The notes: generated by a model not told the origin, from the letters alone. A stretch of 64,000 bases of DNA from a virus (IMGVR_UViG_650627111_000001:1-64000), one strand, 5' to 3'; positions 1 to 10,171 are shown, counted from the first letter of the stretch. Translations and numbers: made by a program.

Positions 1-885
1 CCAAAATCCTCTCTGTAACGCTCTATAATCAATCTTACTATTAAACCCACACAACCATATTCCTACACTCACAAAACCTCTCAAAACGCTTCCTATCGAA
101 TATTATCCCCATATTTAATTCCCTATTTAACAATATATTTAATATTCCCTATACAAAACCTATAATTTTACCCCTCTAAATAAAATATCCCACCCTAATT
201 TATAAAATTCACAATCAATAATATCCAACACGCTATCCCTTATACATTCCAGAGAATATCCATACACAAAGATCTCCTGTAACATTGGGACATTTTGTCC
301 CACATATTTGTAATTTTATTATAAAAAATTTTTGGTGAGGTAAAAAGTACCCCCATACCCTTATATTCTTGGGGCAGGGAACATATCCATACTGGGAGTG
401 TGTACATAAGGGAAGGTAAGTTCTATGCGGGGTTGGTGTGTATTTTATGTCACGTAGTGACGGAGGATGATACCTTCACAAAATATACAATCTTCTTGGA
501 GAGAAATAGGTATTGTTTTGAGGGAGTGAAAATCTTGGGAAAGAGGGCTGAATTTGGTGAAAATTATACAAATTGAGTGAGGGGTGTTAAGCTCGCGCAC
601 CGTAGCGGTGCAGCATAGTTATTCTTTTTCTTGCATATCCATGCAATGTCAATATTACTCCTCATCGTACCAATGAAAGGCTAAATTTCTCACCTAACAC
701 ACATAAACTTTTCTTGATGTATAACACACTAAATCAACCACTTATAACTATCTTATTGTTTATTAACACTTAATCAAGTACATATTAGGACTATTATGTA
801 AAATTGGTACCCCTTAATTTTAAAATCTATAACTTTCGTGAGTGATAACTCACAGAGATTTCACGTAGGTGTACGAACTATTCTC

Positions 886-963
886 ATTTGATAACTATTA
901 TCAAATAGGGTTGATTTGCATAAGTATGACATGTGAATGAGAATCATTCTAATTAGTATTATC
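886..963. promoter_or_regulatory. Cluster of Fur-box-like inverted repeats
   Basis: ATTTGATAA-CTA-TTATCAAAT (886-906, perfect 9-3-9 IR) and AATGAGAATCATTCTAATT (936-954) resemble the Fur consensus AATGATAATNATTATCATT. Confidence 0.5.
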
Positions 964-1428
964 ATATGATGCGTGTGCATCATGAAAGTGATATTCTATG
1001 TTACGTAGTAACAATGTGATTACCCTGTGCACTTGCGTGAGCAAGTTGTTAAGCAATAAGTAGAAAGATAAGCAATCTCCTATTGAATAAGTGATCCTTC
1101 CCAACAGTAATCATCCTTCACCTAACAATCATCCCTATAATGCAACGTATTATGATAGATAACCCTTCTGTGCTTTCGCACACAGATAACACTATTGATA
1201 ACTACGTTATCGGGTATGTTATACCTCCTACACAACAAACTATGTTCTGCAATAGTTATTACTCTGTCACTCCGTGACGTGAGATAAATAATCTGTTGCT
1301 CTCGCAACGGAATGATTAGTTGTGGTTGGTTGGTATTAAGTATTGTTAGGAGTGATCACACTAGCGAAGCGCATAATCTATTATTAGGGCTGTGAGCACT
1401 ATGGAAACAAGGCTTTTAATATTCTATT

Positions 1429-1480
1429 GTTGAGAATAGCTATCATTCGTTTTGAACTTATATCGTTGTTATGCTATAAT
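1429..1480 (+). promoter_or_regulatory. Sigma70 promoter with upstream Fur-like box
   Basis: TTGAAC-17-TATAAT with extended TG; GTTGAGAATAGCTATCATT at 1429-1447. Confidence 0.55.
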
Positions 1481-1582
1481 AACCTTATGGACTGATAGAT
1501 GACTTACATCAAAAGATAGTAGATAGTATTTGATTAAGTATTTACGTCCTTTGTATTGACCTACACAACAAGAGGAAAGAGT

Positions 1583-1798
1583 ATGCGAGCTACTTACATT
1601 ATCAAAAGTGTTTTAGACAAGTTAGACCCGTACGTTGCAGTTTGTTTTCATGAGCTTCTAGCAGGTAAGAGTTTAACGGCTATGAACCAACGTAAACAAC
1701 GTGCAGTAGATAGTAACAATTGGGACAAGTACCATAACATAGGTTTAGCTGTTGAACTTTACAAACAGAACAAATTCATGATTGAAAAAGGTGTTTGA
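1583..1798 (+). CDS. Hypothetical protein
   Basis: ORF with GAGG RBS before the ATG at 1583; first gene of an overlapping operon. Confidence 0.6.
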   Translation: MRATYIIKSVLDKLDPYVAVCFHELLAGKSLTAMNQRKQRAVDSNNWDKYHNIGLAVELYKQNKFMIEKGV

Positions 1799-1800
1799 TT

Positions 1801-1986
1801 ATGCGCATTAGTTTGCATGATAGTGCAGAAACTCATCTGCTAGAGCTTTGCAAGAGTTTAGGAGGTTCACCCTCTCAAGTAGTCAAATTACTCAGTAAAG
1901 CATTCAATAACCATATTAACAAAGGTCAGCCATTAGAGCTGCAAGGTGTTATCTATGTCAAGCAAGAACACAAACAAGAGGATTGA
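1801..1986 (+). CDS. Small putative ribbon-helix-helix DNA-binding protein
   Basis: MRISLHD..E..L..LC..LG.S.S.VV pattern (beta strand plus two helices). Confidence 0.45.
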   Translation: MRISLHDSAETHLLELCKSLGGSPSQVVKLLSKAFNNHINKGQPLELQGVIYVKQEHKQED

Positions 1987-2638
1987 TCAAGAATTCTTCC
2001 CATCATTCTCTAAAGTGTTTAAAGCTGGTAGTATTGCATTCATAAAAGATCATCAAGAGGTTTCTATTCCTTGGGATATTTACAGTGCTGTTATTTACTC
2101 CTTCCTGTTGAATAAATTTGAATATCACAATCAACTCTCTATCTCTCAAGATGCAATCTCATCTAATTGTAATTGTAGTGTTGATGTGGTTAAAAGTCGT
2201 TTAGCTCTTATGGAAGATGCAGGGATAGTTAAGATAAAGCGTCAACCTAATGGAAGTGGTTTGATGAAAGCTAACTTATACACTAATGTTATTGATATAA
2301 CAAAATCTAATAAGTATAGACTAATCAATAGTAAGTTTACCCAACATTATTATGATTTGATGAAAGACCGTAAAAAACGATTAGCTTTGTTAGATGGTGT
2401 TGTATTGAAAAGGTCTTGGACTTCGCATCAAGTTAGGAACTATCTTGCCAATAGGAACTATGAGTTAGTGACAGGTGTCTATCTCGATGGTGATAAGCTT
2501 TCGAGTAAACTCTACATGAAATACTACAATGACAAACCAGAACACGACCTATCTCAAGGTTTTAAGTTAAACGATGAAATTAGGGAATACGAATATAACA
2601 CTTTAATCGATAATGCAATATATGAGGAAGATTTATGA
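1955..2638 (+). CDS. Winged-helix protein, replication-initiator-like
   Basis: IYSFLLNKF...ISQDAIS..C..SVDVVKSRLALMEDAGIVKIKR wHTH signature. Confidence 0.6.
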   Translation: MSSKNTNKRIDQEFFPSFSKVFKAGSIAFIKDHQEVSIPWDIYSAVIYSFLLNKFEYHNQLSISQDAISSNCNCSVDVVKSRLALMEDAGIVKIKRQPNGSGLMKANLYTNVIDITKSNKYRLINSKFTQHYYDLMKDRKKRLALLDGVVLKRSWTSHQVRNYLANRNYELVTGVYLDGDKLSSKLYMKYYNDKPEHDLSQGFKLNDEIREYEYNTLIDNAIYEEDL

Positions 2639-3420
2639 TTTACATAGTTAAACTGAAGAATGATCACGATGATTTAATTAAATTGGGTTACACTAGCAAC
2701 CTACAAGAAAGATTAGACTACTACAAGGATTATTTCTCAGAGGTAAGTTTGTTATGGACTTTTGAAGATCCTGAGGTTAAACACTATCGACTAGAGAAGG
2801 ATCTGAATTCTGTTTATCTAAAATCTTTGACTGTCAGACCTGTAACTTATTTCGGCGGATATACTGAATGTTATCACACATCTAGTTTCAACTACTTAAT
2901 AAAAACTTTAAAAGAGAAAAGTTTAGAAAGTTACTACAGAAATACTCAACCATCATTAAACAGAGTTCTAACTGCTACAAATTTCACAATAAACATAAAT
3001 AACCCTAGTTTGTTGCTATGTACCGCTTTTAAAAGCTTAACTACTGGTGAGGTGATCAAGTTTGATGGTGTGTTGTTAAAAATTTATCTCTATATGTTAG
3101 GTAGATATAATTTCTATCAAACACATAATGCAGATTACATAGAAACTTTCGATAGGATATGCACCGCGGCTACTGGGATGGATTACCGTGGTAATGGTAC
3201 TAATCGGGGTAGAATAAAGACTCTCAGAGGTTTAGGTTTAATCGATGTTGAGACAGATTTAAATGGTAAAATCCTTGTAGGAGGTGTGAAAGTTGTTAAC
3301 ACTGTAGATGATATACTAACGGAATGGCAACCAGTTAATGAACAATTAGATTATTATGATAGTAAGGAAGGTAGAGAGGAAAGGAAAAAGCAAAAACTAT
3401 TAAGAGGAAAACAATCTTAA
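2635..3420 (+). CDS. T5orf172 (GIY-YIG superfamily) nuclease fused to a C-terminal wHTH domain
   Basis: N-term IYIV...IKLGYT.NL.ERL...LEKDL...FGGYTEC; C-term TGEVI...IYLYM...ETF..I...LRGLGLI. Confidence 0.75.
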   Translation: MIYIVKLKNDHDDLIKLGYTSNLQERLDYYKDYFSEVSLLWTFEDPEVKHYRLEKDLNSVYLKSLTVRPVTYFGGYTECYHTSSFNYLIKTLKEKSLESYYRNTQPSLNRVLTATNFTININNPSLLLCTAFKSLTTGEVIKFDGVLLKIYLYMLGRYNFYQTHNADYIETFDRICTAATGMDYRGNGTNRGRIKTLRGLGLIDVETDLNGKILVGGVKVVNTVDDILTEWQPVNEQLDYYDSKEGREERKKQKLLRGKQS

Positions 3421-3440
3421 AAGCTAACAACAACCCAAGA

Positions 3441-3623
3441 TTGTGGAAGCAATACCGAAAGATTATTGAAGCTTTACCTGACTATAGTGGAGATTTTGAT
3501 CATCCTGATAAGCAAGAATATTATCAACTAGGTTTTGAAACTTGGGTTAAATTGAATAATCAATATAAATATTTCCAACATCAACAAGACCTGATAGGTT
3601 GGTCTAGTTGGTATGGGATTTGA
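3441..3623 (+). CDS. Hypothetical protein
   Basis: ORF continues the operon; TTG start uncertain. Confidence 0.4.
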   Translation: MWKQYRKIIEALPDYSGDFDHPDKQEYYQLGFETWVKLNNQYKYFQHQQDLIGWSSWYGI

Positions 3624-3639
3624 TGTGTGATTAATGCAT

Positions 3640-3672
3640 AAAAAGAAACCACCCTATCTGGGCGGCTTTGTT
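3640..3672. terminator. Bidirectional intrinsic terminator
   Basis: A-tract, CCACCC/GGGCGG stem, T-tract between convergent genes. Confidence 0.6.
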
Positions 3673-3679
3673 ATTCATA

Positions 3680-4045
3680 TCAAAATTCAAAGATTTGAAA
3701 ATCTTCATAATCAAATACACCGAGACCATTGATCATAACTTTATTATTTGGTAGTAGTTTAGATGTATTAGGTTCATGGTTATCTAAGCCCCATACCTTG
3801 AAAACTTCCCCTGAATCTTTTTGGTACAGCCAGCAATATACACTCTTACTATAAGTGTTTACCTCTGAAAGTTTTACCTTTAACAACTCACAGTCATATA
3901 GCCAAGACAAAGCTTTATCTGCCAGTGAACCTTTGAAAAGTTTAGGTTCAAAACTATTAGTATAATTAAGGTGTCCTGAAAATAATCTCACATGGTGTGA
4001 TTTGATTTCAATATGCGGCTCTTTCTTACTGTACATGATATGCAT
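3680..4045 (-). CDS. Hypothetical early protein
   Basis: ORF with GAGGG RBS and its own promoter. Confidence 0.7.
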   Translation of the reverse strand: MHIMYSKKEPHIEIKSHHVRLFSGHLNYTNSFEPKLFKGSLADKALSWLYDCELLKVKLSEVNTYSKSVYCWLYQKDSGEVFKVWGLDNHEPNTSKLLPNNKVMINGLGVFDYEDFQIFEF

Positions 4046-4154
4046 AATCTTACCCTCTTTTTGTTTACCTCACGACGTGCTTAAGTAATATAACCCAACT
4101 AACCTACCCCTGCAACCATTATTTCGTGATTCTCGTCATATATTCACCTATTCT

Positions 4155-4484
4155 TCAGAATCTCACCACCTTCTTCATCTCTAAGGATTCCCGATCCCAA
4201 TCTGTCATCATCTCCACATCGGCGTCAATCCCTAATGAAATAATCGGTTCATTCTTGAGGAAATTCCTATTACTATCATAATAAACAATCGCATAATAAA
4301 GAGAATCAAACTCAAGAATGACACTATTCCCTGCCGTGACGAATGTCACACACGCTAATTCTCTGTCAGCAACGGATAAATTATCAAGATGGTTCACCCA
4401 CTTTTGCAGAAGAGTGTTGTCATTCACACGAATTTTGATTTGTGTTAGATGTTGTTCGTATTCATTGATATTTTGTGTTTGCAT
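4155..4484 (-). CDS. Hypothetical early protein
   Basis: ORF with AAGG RBS. Confidence 0.7.
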   Translation of the reverse strand: MQTQNINEYEQHLTQIKIRVNDNTLLQKWVNHLDNLSVADRELACVTFVTAGNSVILEFDSLYYAIVYYDSNRNFLKNEPIISLGIDADVEMMTDWDRESLEMKKVVRF

Positions 4485-4588
4485 GGTGGTTACCTTTACA
4501 CTAAGTATAAGAATGTTATCAAACTAATTGTCGTTAACATGACAATAATATTTTCTGTTTCGGAAGTGGTTAAGATTTTCATATTAAA

Positions 4589-4747
4589 TCACTTTTGTAA
4601 CGGAATTAAATATTCGCTGTTATATTCCCAAGAATAACCAATAGCTTCCACATCTGCTAAATCTTCGCTCTGGACATAAACTACACCACCCTTAACCATA
4701 ACAAGTTGGTTAAGATCAATACTTGTGTGAGTTGGTACAAATTGCAT
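4589..4747 (-). CDS. Small hypothetical protein (52 aa, not in ORF track)
   Basis: AGGAG RBS, MQFVPTHTSIDLNQLVMVKGG... Confidence 0.6.
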   Translation of the reverse strand: MQFVPTHTSIDLNQLVMVKGGVVYVQSEDLADVEAIGYSWEYNSEYLIPLQK

Positions 4748-4766
4748 AATATTATTCTCCTAAAGA

Positions 4767-5051
4767 TTATTTACATTCAACCGTATGCACTCTCACGTGC
4801 TCTTGACGATTCATTAAAGTCTCGATAATATACAAATTATCATACTGTGCTGTGATAGTCACGATTTTATTTGTGATGTGCTTACCATTTTTATCAGAGA
4901 AGTAACATAGGGCTTTATCCAATCCGTAAGAGTCTTTCTTGATAGTGATGTGCTCTTGCTCGACAGAATAGCTTTCTGGCTGTGCTGCTTCACTTTTAAG
5001 TGAAAACCCTAATGATAATAGGATGATGATTGCTAATGCTAATTTTTTCAT
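4767..5051 (-). CDS. Hypothetical exported protein
   Basis: MKKLALAIIILLSLGFSLKSEA signal peptide. Confidence 0.7.
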   Translation of the reverse strand: MKKLALAIIILLSLGFSLKSEAAQPESYSVEQEHITIKKDSYGLDKALCYFSDKNGKHITNKIVTITAQYDNLYIIETLMNRQEHVRVHTVECK

Positions 5052-5161
5052 GCTGGTTTACTCTTTGTTATCAGAGAGTCATCCCCTGATTTCTTGATGT
5101 AATCTTAACGCACTATTTGAGCTATTGCAAATCTTTCTTTGTGACTTCTGTCACAATAAGA

Positions 5162-5353
5162 TTACTTTGTTGCTAATATTTTGGCAGTTTCTACTGCAAT
5201 CTTTGCACATTCCTCCCGCAACTTTGCATTATTAGGAAATTGCTCAATTAAACATTCAATATTGATGCCTGTATCTTTCGATAGTAATTTAAGTGCCTCT
5301 AATAGTATATATTGTTGGAAAGTTTCATTCTGTGTGATTTGTTGGAAGTCCAT
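5162..5353 (-). CDS. Hypothetical protein
   Basis: ORF in operon, AAGGG RBS. Confidence 0.6.
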   Translation of the reverse strand: MDFQQITQNETFQQYILLEALKLLSKDTGINIECLIEQFPNNAKLREECAKIAVETAKILATK

Positions 5354-5362
5354 ATAATACCC

Positions 5363-5569
5363 TTACTTTACTAGGTCAATGTGTAGATTACCGAACTCTG
5401 TTTTAAAAGATGTGTTGTAGATTGATTGCTTTGATTTAGCAAAGAATGCTACATTTTCCAAACTAACACCATATTTGAGCAACTCTTTAACTAAATGGTA
5501 GCCTGTAACTTTTACTGATTTTAGTGTATTAGTGTTGTAGGCTTTGTAAGTTTTGTTTAGTGTTTTCAT
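5363..5569 (-). CDS. Hypothetical early protein
   Basis: Start moved to MKTLNK because the longer ORF runs through the promoter. Confidence 0.6.
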   Translation of the reverse strand: MKTLNKTYKAYNTNTLKSVKVTGYHLVKELLKYGVSLENVAFFAKSKQSIYNTSFKTEFGNLHIDLVK

Positions 5570-5685
5570 TTTATTACCTGTTGTTGAAGTATCTTGTCTT
5601 GATGTGGTAAATATAGTACATCCTATGTGGTGTTGCAACTAATATTTTTGTGACTTTCGTCACATAAAAGAATCTTCCTCAACAT

Positions 5686-5720
5686 AAAAGAAAACCCACC
5701 TTTTGACAGTGGGCTTGTGT
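5686..5720 (-). terminator. Intrinsic terminator
   Basis: CCCAC/GTGGG stem followed by a T-tract on the minus strand. Confidence 0.6.
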
Positions 5721-5731
5721 TTGATAGTTCT

Positions 5732-5923
5732 TTATATCTCGATTAGTTCATAATCTTTTTGATACCAACGCTTATTTGATATCACTTCTATAGCTTTTTG
5801 ATAAGCACTCTCTAAATCTTCTAATAACCTACAACCAATAAATTTAGGTTTATTAAGCAGGATCTCATACACAAAAACCGTACTTTTGTTTTCCTCTTCA
5901 CACTTACCAACATAAAAGGTCAT
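5732..5923 (-). CDS. Hypothetical protein
   Basis: ORF with GAGGG RBS. Confidence 0.6.
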   Translation of the reverse strand: MTFYVGKCEEENKSTVFVYEILLNKPKFIGCRLLEDLESAYQKAIEVISNKRWYQKDYELIEI

Positions 5924-6365
5924 AACCCTACCCTCTCAAAAATGTAACTCTTTTTAATGTGCTTAACTCTTCTGCACGGTCTGTAACGCTCCGTGTGAGG
6001 TGTTTACCATCTTGAGTATAACCAGTAGCCATTAGGCGCAAAACCCTGTCTATGCGCTTTTCTGTGTGTTTTAGCAACCTTTGCATGATACTCTTACCCT
6101 ATTTCTGCAATCATCCAATTACGCTTATTATCTCGTGCCTTGCGGCGGTCAATTTTACCCTTTTTACGACTACGTTCTTCAGCTTGTTGATACTCTTCAC
6201 CGAAAGAGAATGTAGGTTTATATGGTTTTACCTTTTGAAAACTGCAAAAGTAATTTGCTGTAGTTTGCATAATATTTGTTTCCTTTTGTTGTTAAATTAA
6301 CGTTTTGTTGATATGTGTTGATAATAGCTTGCCTATTGTTCTTTGTCTGTGATCTTTGTCACATG

Positions 6366-6656
6366 TTAATCAATTTCATGATAATCTAAAACTACGATTT
6401 TTCCATCACGATCACGTGTTAAAACTAATCGATCCATAAAATCCTTACATTGAAAAACTTTATGCTCTTTTCGTTTAACCTCACTTTTCAGTGCTTGGGC
6501 TAAATCTTCAATGATGTTTAAATGTAATGCCAAAAGCTTCTTCTCTTCTGCTGCGTATTCTTGAACTTTTCGAGAGATGCACATTTCATTAACGGCACGC
6601 TGCGCACATTCATCCTTTAAAGCTTTTTCTGGTGGAGCGAATAACCATTTGAGCAT
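6366..6656 (-). CDS. Hypothetical protein
   Basis: AGGAG RBS before MLKWLF. Confidence 0.65.
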   Translation of the reverse strand: MLKWLFAPPEKALKDECAQRAVNEMCISRKVQEYAAEEKKLLALHLNIIEDLAQALKSEVKRKEHKVFQCKDFMDRLVLTRDRDGKIVVLDYHEID

Positions 6657-6672
6657 GTTTGTTACTCCTATA

Positions 6673-7089
6673 TTAGTAATCAGTTTGTTGTAACACTTCA
6701 ATAACTTCCTCAAACTGACGAATATAGCTTTCTACAGCCATCACGCAACATTTAGAGCAAAATTGTGCAAAAGATTCATCACTAGGATTCCACTCGATTG
6801 GCATTTCTTCGCACTCTAATTGCCCTTCAATGCTGTCTGAACACTCAATCATACATTGTTGAGCTTGGTGGTAGTAAACTGAAGCGTGAGCATTTGAAGC
6901 ACAACCGGACTCATATAAGTTGATCAGCTCACCAACCGAATCTACCACACCTAGATTTTCCATAAATTCAGGTTGATCGTTAATATCATTGATGAAAGTC
7001 TCTGTTTCATCACGACCTAATGTATTGATCAAGGCTTTAACTTGAGAAAAAGTTAGAGGGAAGTATTTAGCGTTGTCTTGAGTGTTCAT
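6673..7089 (-). CDS. Acidic early protein, possible Ocr-like DNA mimic
   Basis: Very D/E-rich and helical, with GCAS..H.SVYY motif; first gene after a strong promoter. Confidence 0.45.
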   Translation of the reverse strand: MNTQDNAKYFPLTFSQVKALINTLGRDETETFINDINDQPEFMENLGVVDSVGELINLYESGCASNAHASVYYHQAQQCMIECSDSIEGQLECEEMPIEWNPSDESFAQFCSKCCVMAVESYIRQFEEVIEVLQQTDY

Positions 7090-7210
7090 AGTATCACCTA
7101 TTTAGATAATGTTTGGCATTATTGCCGTTTGTTTCAGTTAATATAATCGGGAACTTTCAAAGTGTCAATCAAAAATCCCCTGTTATTTTAACTTTGTGAC
7201 TTGTGTCACA

Positions 7211-7489
7211 TTATAAAACTGATTCAAAATCAAAGGCTCGGATTGTCTTTTGTTGGCGATCTGGTGACTTGCTGGAAAGTTTATAAGTCAGATAACCACG
7301 GCAAGTGTAACACTTTGTGTGATGCTCACTACCACCTAAACGACGAAAGAACGGTGAAGCTTCTACAATATTGCAATATTCTTTCTCAGTGATCACATTC
7401 TCTTCAGTTTCAACCGTCTGATATGCAGACTTTGTACCTTCTTTAAGTACTTGTTTAACAACTGTCATTTTTGCGTATGGTTTAGTCAT
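7211..7489 (-). CDS. Hypothetical protein
   Basis: ORF with RBS and upstream TTGACA promoter. Confidence 0.7.
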   Translation of the reverse strand: MTKPYAKMTVVKQVLKEGTKSAYQTVETEENVITEKEYCNIVEASPFFRRLGGSEHHTKCYTCRGYLTYKLSSKSPDRQQKTIRAFDFESVL

Positions 7490-7838
7490 AATCTTGATTC
7501 CTATTTACTTTGGCAATACTGTTGGAAGATTTATCTTCACTTCCATTCCTTGGTTATATATATTAAATATGTTTTATTAGCTTGTCAAACACTTTTTAAG
7601 GTTATTTATAAATTTTATTCCAGCTTTCTTGCTCGACAAGATTTTGCATTCTCGCCGTTAAGATTGCTACCACCATATCATGGTGAGAATGCCCGATAGA
7701 TTTTAACTCAGCGATTTTATTTTGTAAAGCTTCGATTTGTGCTTTCACGGTATTGCTCTCTTTTGTTGATATAAGTCATATTATCAAAGGTTATCAGATA
7801 TTCAACCAATAACCTTTTGTAATGTGGATTAAATCAAG

Positions 7839-8078
7839 TTAAAACTCTTCAATATTAAAACTCGAATTATACCTCCACACATCTACACCTTTTATATTTC
7901 CACCTAACCCTTGATCGTAGAAACTACATACTTCTTCTGATAAAGATAACGTTGAACCTAACTCCACCAAAGGGAAGTCATTTTCTGGTAATTGATCAAC
8001 AATAGCTTTAATCTGATCATCTGTTGTATCATCTTCTATTTCAATACGTAATGCTACAGGGATGTTTAAAAATCTCAT
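7839..8078 (-). CDS. Hypothetical acidic protein
   Basis: Start moved to MRFLNI, downstream of the promoter. Confidence 0.6.
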   Translation of the reverse strand: MRFLNIPVALRIEIEDDTTDDQIKAIVDQLPENDFPLVELGSTLSLSEEVCSFYDQGLGGNIKGVDVWRYNSSFNIEEF

Positions 8079-8426
8079 AATCTCACTCTCTTTTGTCGTA
8101 GAGCTGTCTTGCTCCGATGTGTTTAATATAAGCCAACGGATTTTGTGTTGCAAGGTTTTATTTTAGTTAACCGTTATATTTTGTGAGGTTTATCACGTTG
8201 TGATGTTGGTCACATTACAACCAAGTAGGTATAAATTGAAATTCAAGCTTTATGTACTTATAGGTGAATTTTATGTGACTTGAATCACATTATATTATTA
8301 GGATCGGATCTCCACGCTCCTTTAGAGTCTTAAAAGCATGTTTTTGTTGCGTATGCCTCGCGTTTCAGATTATGTAATGATTATATAAAAGAAAAACGGG
8401 ACCGACAAGCGATCCCGATCACAACT

Positions 8427-8777
8427 TTAAAAGAAATTATCACGTACTAACAATCTTAAATTTTCAGGGGTATTTGTTATTTTAAGGTTGTCTATATAAT
8501 CTTTAATCTCCTGATCTAGATACTCAATAAGATTTTTATCTGATCCTAAAGGTTTATCAAATACTCTTAACGCTATAGTTTGATCCTTTTCTGGATCATT
8601 ATAAAATGATACCTGAATATATTTTAATTCAATATCACAAAAAAGGTCTAAAACTCTTATAAGTTGCTTGGCCTCACTTGGATCGCGGAAACAAAAATAA
8701 CTACCTTTATTAATACCTTCCTTCAATGAGTTGATAACAACTTGGGAAAGATTGATAAAACCTTGATCGTATTTCAT
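8427..8777 (-). CDS. Hypothetical protein
   Basis: ORF between a promoter and a terminator hairpin (about 8387-8420). Confidence 0.65.
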   Translation of the reverse strand: MKYDQGFINLSQVVINSLKEGINKGSYFCFRDPSEAKQLIRVLDLFCDIELKYIQVSFYNDPEKDQTIALRVFDKPLGSDKNLIEYLDQEIKDYIDNLKITNTPENLRLLVRDNFF

Positions 8778-9092
8778 AGATTTAAACTTTATTCAAAAGC
8801 GGCAATTAACAAGGCTTGCCGCTAACCTTTGAAGATATTATATAGCAGTTTGATTTAAAATCAAGTGATCGCTGTCACAGTTTTAATTTATATTTTAATA
8901 CCAAATCAGAGACACACAACACGCAACCATTAAACCGAATATAGCATTGACCTTTACCGTTAATGTTAAAAATCTTACGGTAATAAAACGAATGCTCATA
9001 ATTAAAGGATATACTACCTCCACTAGTACCTAACTGCAATCGGATATCAGTTATACCCTTTTTAAAGTTAGTCTTTCCATTTCTTAACCTAC

Positions 9093-9314
9093 CTACACTA
9101 ACCTTAAATTATCCATTAAAAGGATCTCTTTGACGAAAAAATAATCTTCAATTCTATAACCGTTTTTCATGTAAAAGGGTTCTTTTGTAAAGTTGCTATA
9201 ATACAACGTGCAATCATCCATCCGTTGAATCTCGCCAAGATTACACAATACAACTAGATCAACTTTAAACTGATACGGACTCTCTAGCCACTCTTCAAAA
9301 TTAGGGAAATTCAT
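9093..9314 (-). CDS. Hypothetical protein
   Basis: GAGG RBS. Confidence 0.6.
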   Translation of the reverse strand: MNFPNFEEWLESPYQFKVDLVVLCNLGEIQRMDDCTLYYSNFTKEPFYMKNGYRIEDYFFVKEILLMDNLRLV

Positions 9315-9325
9315 ATTTTAACCTC

Positions 9326-9595
9326 TCATGCTTTATATTCGAAATCAATCTGATCAAAGTTGCCTAGCAATTGCACCTTATAGAAAGCTTTTGATAAACC
9401 TAGTTTGTGAGCGTGATCTGCTGGCATTGTGCGAGACACTAGTGCGCTTGTTTCGTATTCTTGGATGATAACCTCGATCATAATCTTAAACCTTGTGTTA
9501 GTTGTTCCCTTTGGAATAGTTGCAATGTAATACAAGCTATCAATCCATGCAAGCGATTTTTTACCTATACCAGATAATTTTGTGTAATCAATCAC
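9326..9595 (-). CDS. Hypothetical protein
   Basis: ORF; start uncertain. Confidence 0.5.
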   Translation of the reverse strand: MIDYTKLSGIGKKSLAWIDSLYYIATIPKGTTNTRFKIMIEVIIQEYETSALVSRTMPADHAHKLGLSKAFYKVQLLGNFDQIDFEYKA

Positions 9596-9711
9596 ACTTT
9601 TCAGAATGTAAGGAAATTATTTTGATTAAGTAGTTGCAATTGTCAAATGATAACTCTATATTATCCCTATCGGTCGGCAATGGTGCTGACTATGTTCAGA
9701 AGGTGAAAATT

Positions 9712-9924
9712 ATGTTAAGTAAACAAGATGCTATTGACGCAGCAAAAGACCGCAACCATATGATTGATGAGTCTCGTATGATCTATTTTAAACCCGTAGA
9801 TTACTCCGATAACCCTATCGCACCAGAACAAACTGCATATCGATTATACTATTGGGATATTTTCGGCAAGCGTCAAAAATTTACATTCTGGCCTAATTCT
9901 GTAGGTTTTCAAGGTATGCGTTAA
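9712..9924 (+). CDS. Hypothetical protein
   Basis: AAGGTG RBS before MLSKQD; upstream TTGCAA-17-TATATT promoter. Confidence 0.6.
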   Translation: MLSKQDAIDAAKDRNHMIDESRMIYFKPVDYSDNPIAPEQTAYRLYYWDIFGKRQKFTFWPNSVGFQGMR

Positions 9925-10171
9925 TCCGTGAACTAAATCACACAAAAACAGGTTGCTTTCTTTGGTAGCCTGTTTTATAATTATTCTCATAGTAGGCACG
10001 AACACCGAAGGGAAGCACAGCAACCCTGCACGATAGATACCTTTGTGACCTACGTCACAGAATAGAAAACTTAGTTTAAAATGTATTGTATTTTCGCAGC
10101 GAAAGTATTAATATTCTCTTTAAGGTAAAAGGTTACCTATAGACAAGCGAATAACAAAGAGGATCGTTATT

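Noticed and set aside
590-615. tRNA-like element
   Set aside because: Single hairpin only, with no D arm, T arm or acceptor stem
5140-10059. GTGAC-N4-GTCAC palindromes as matS (MatP) sites
   Set aside because: matS has a 3-nt spacer; these have 4 and fit TGTGA-N6-TCACA next to promoters
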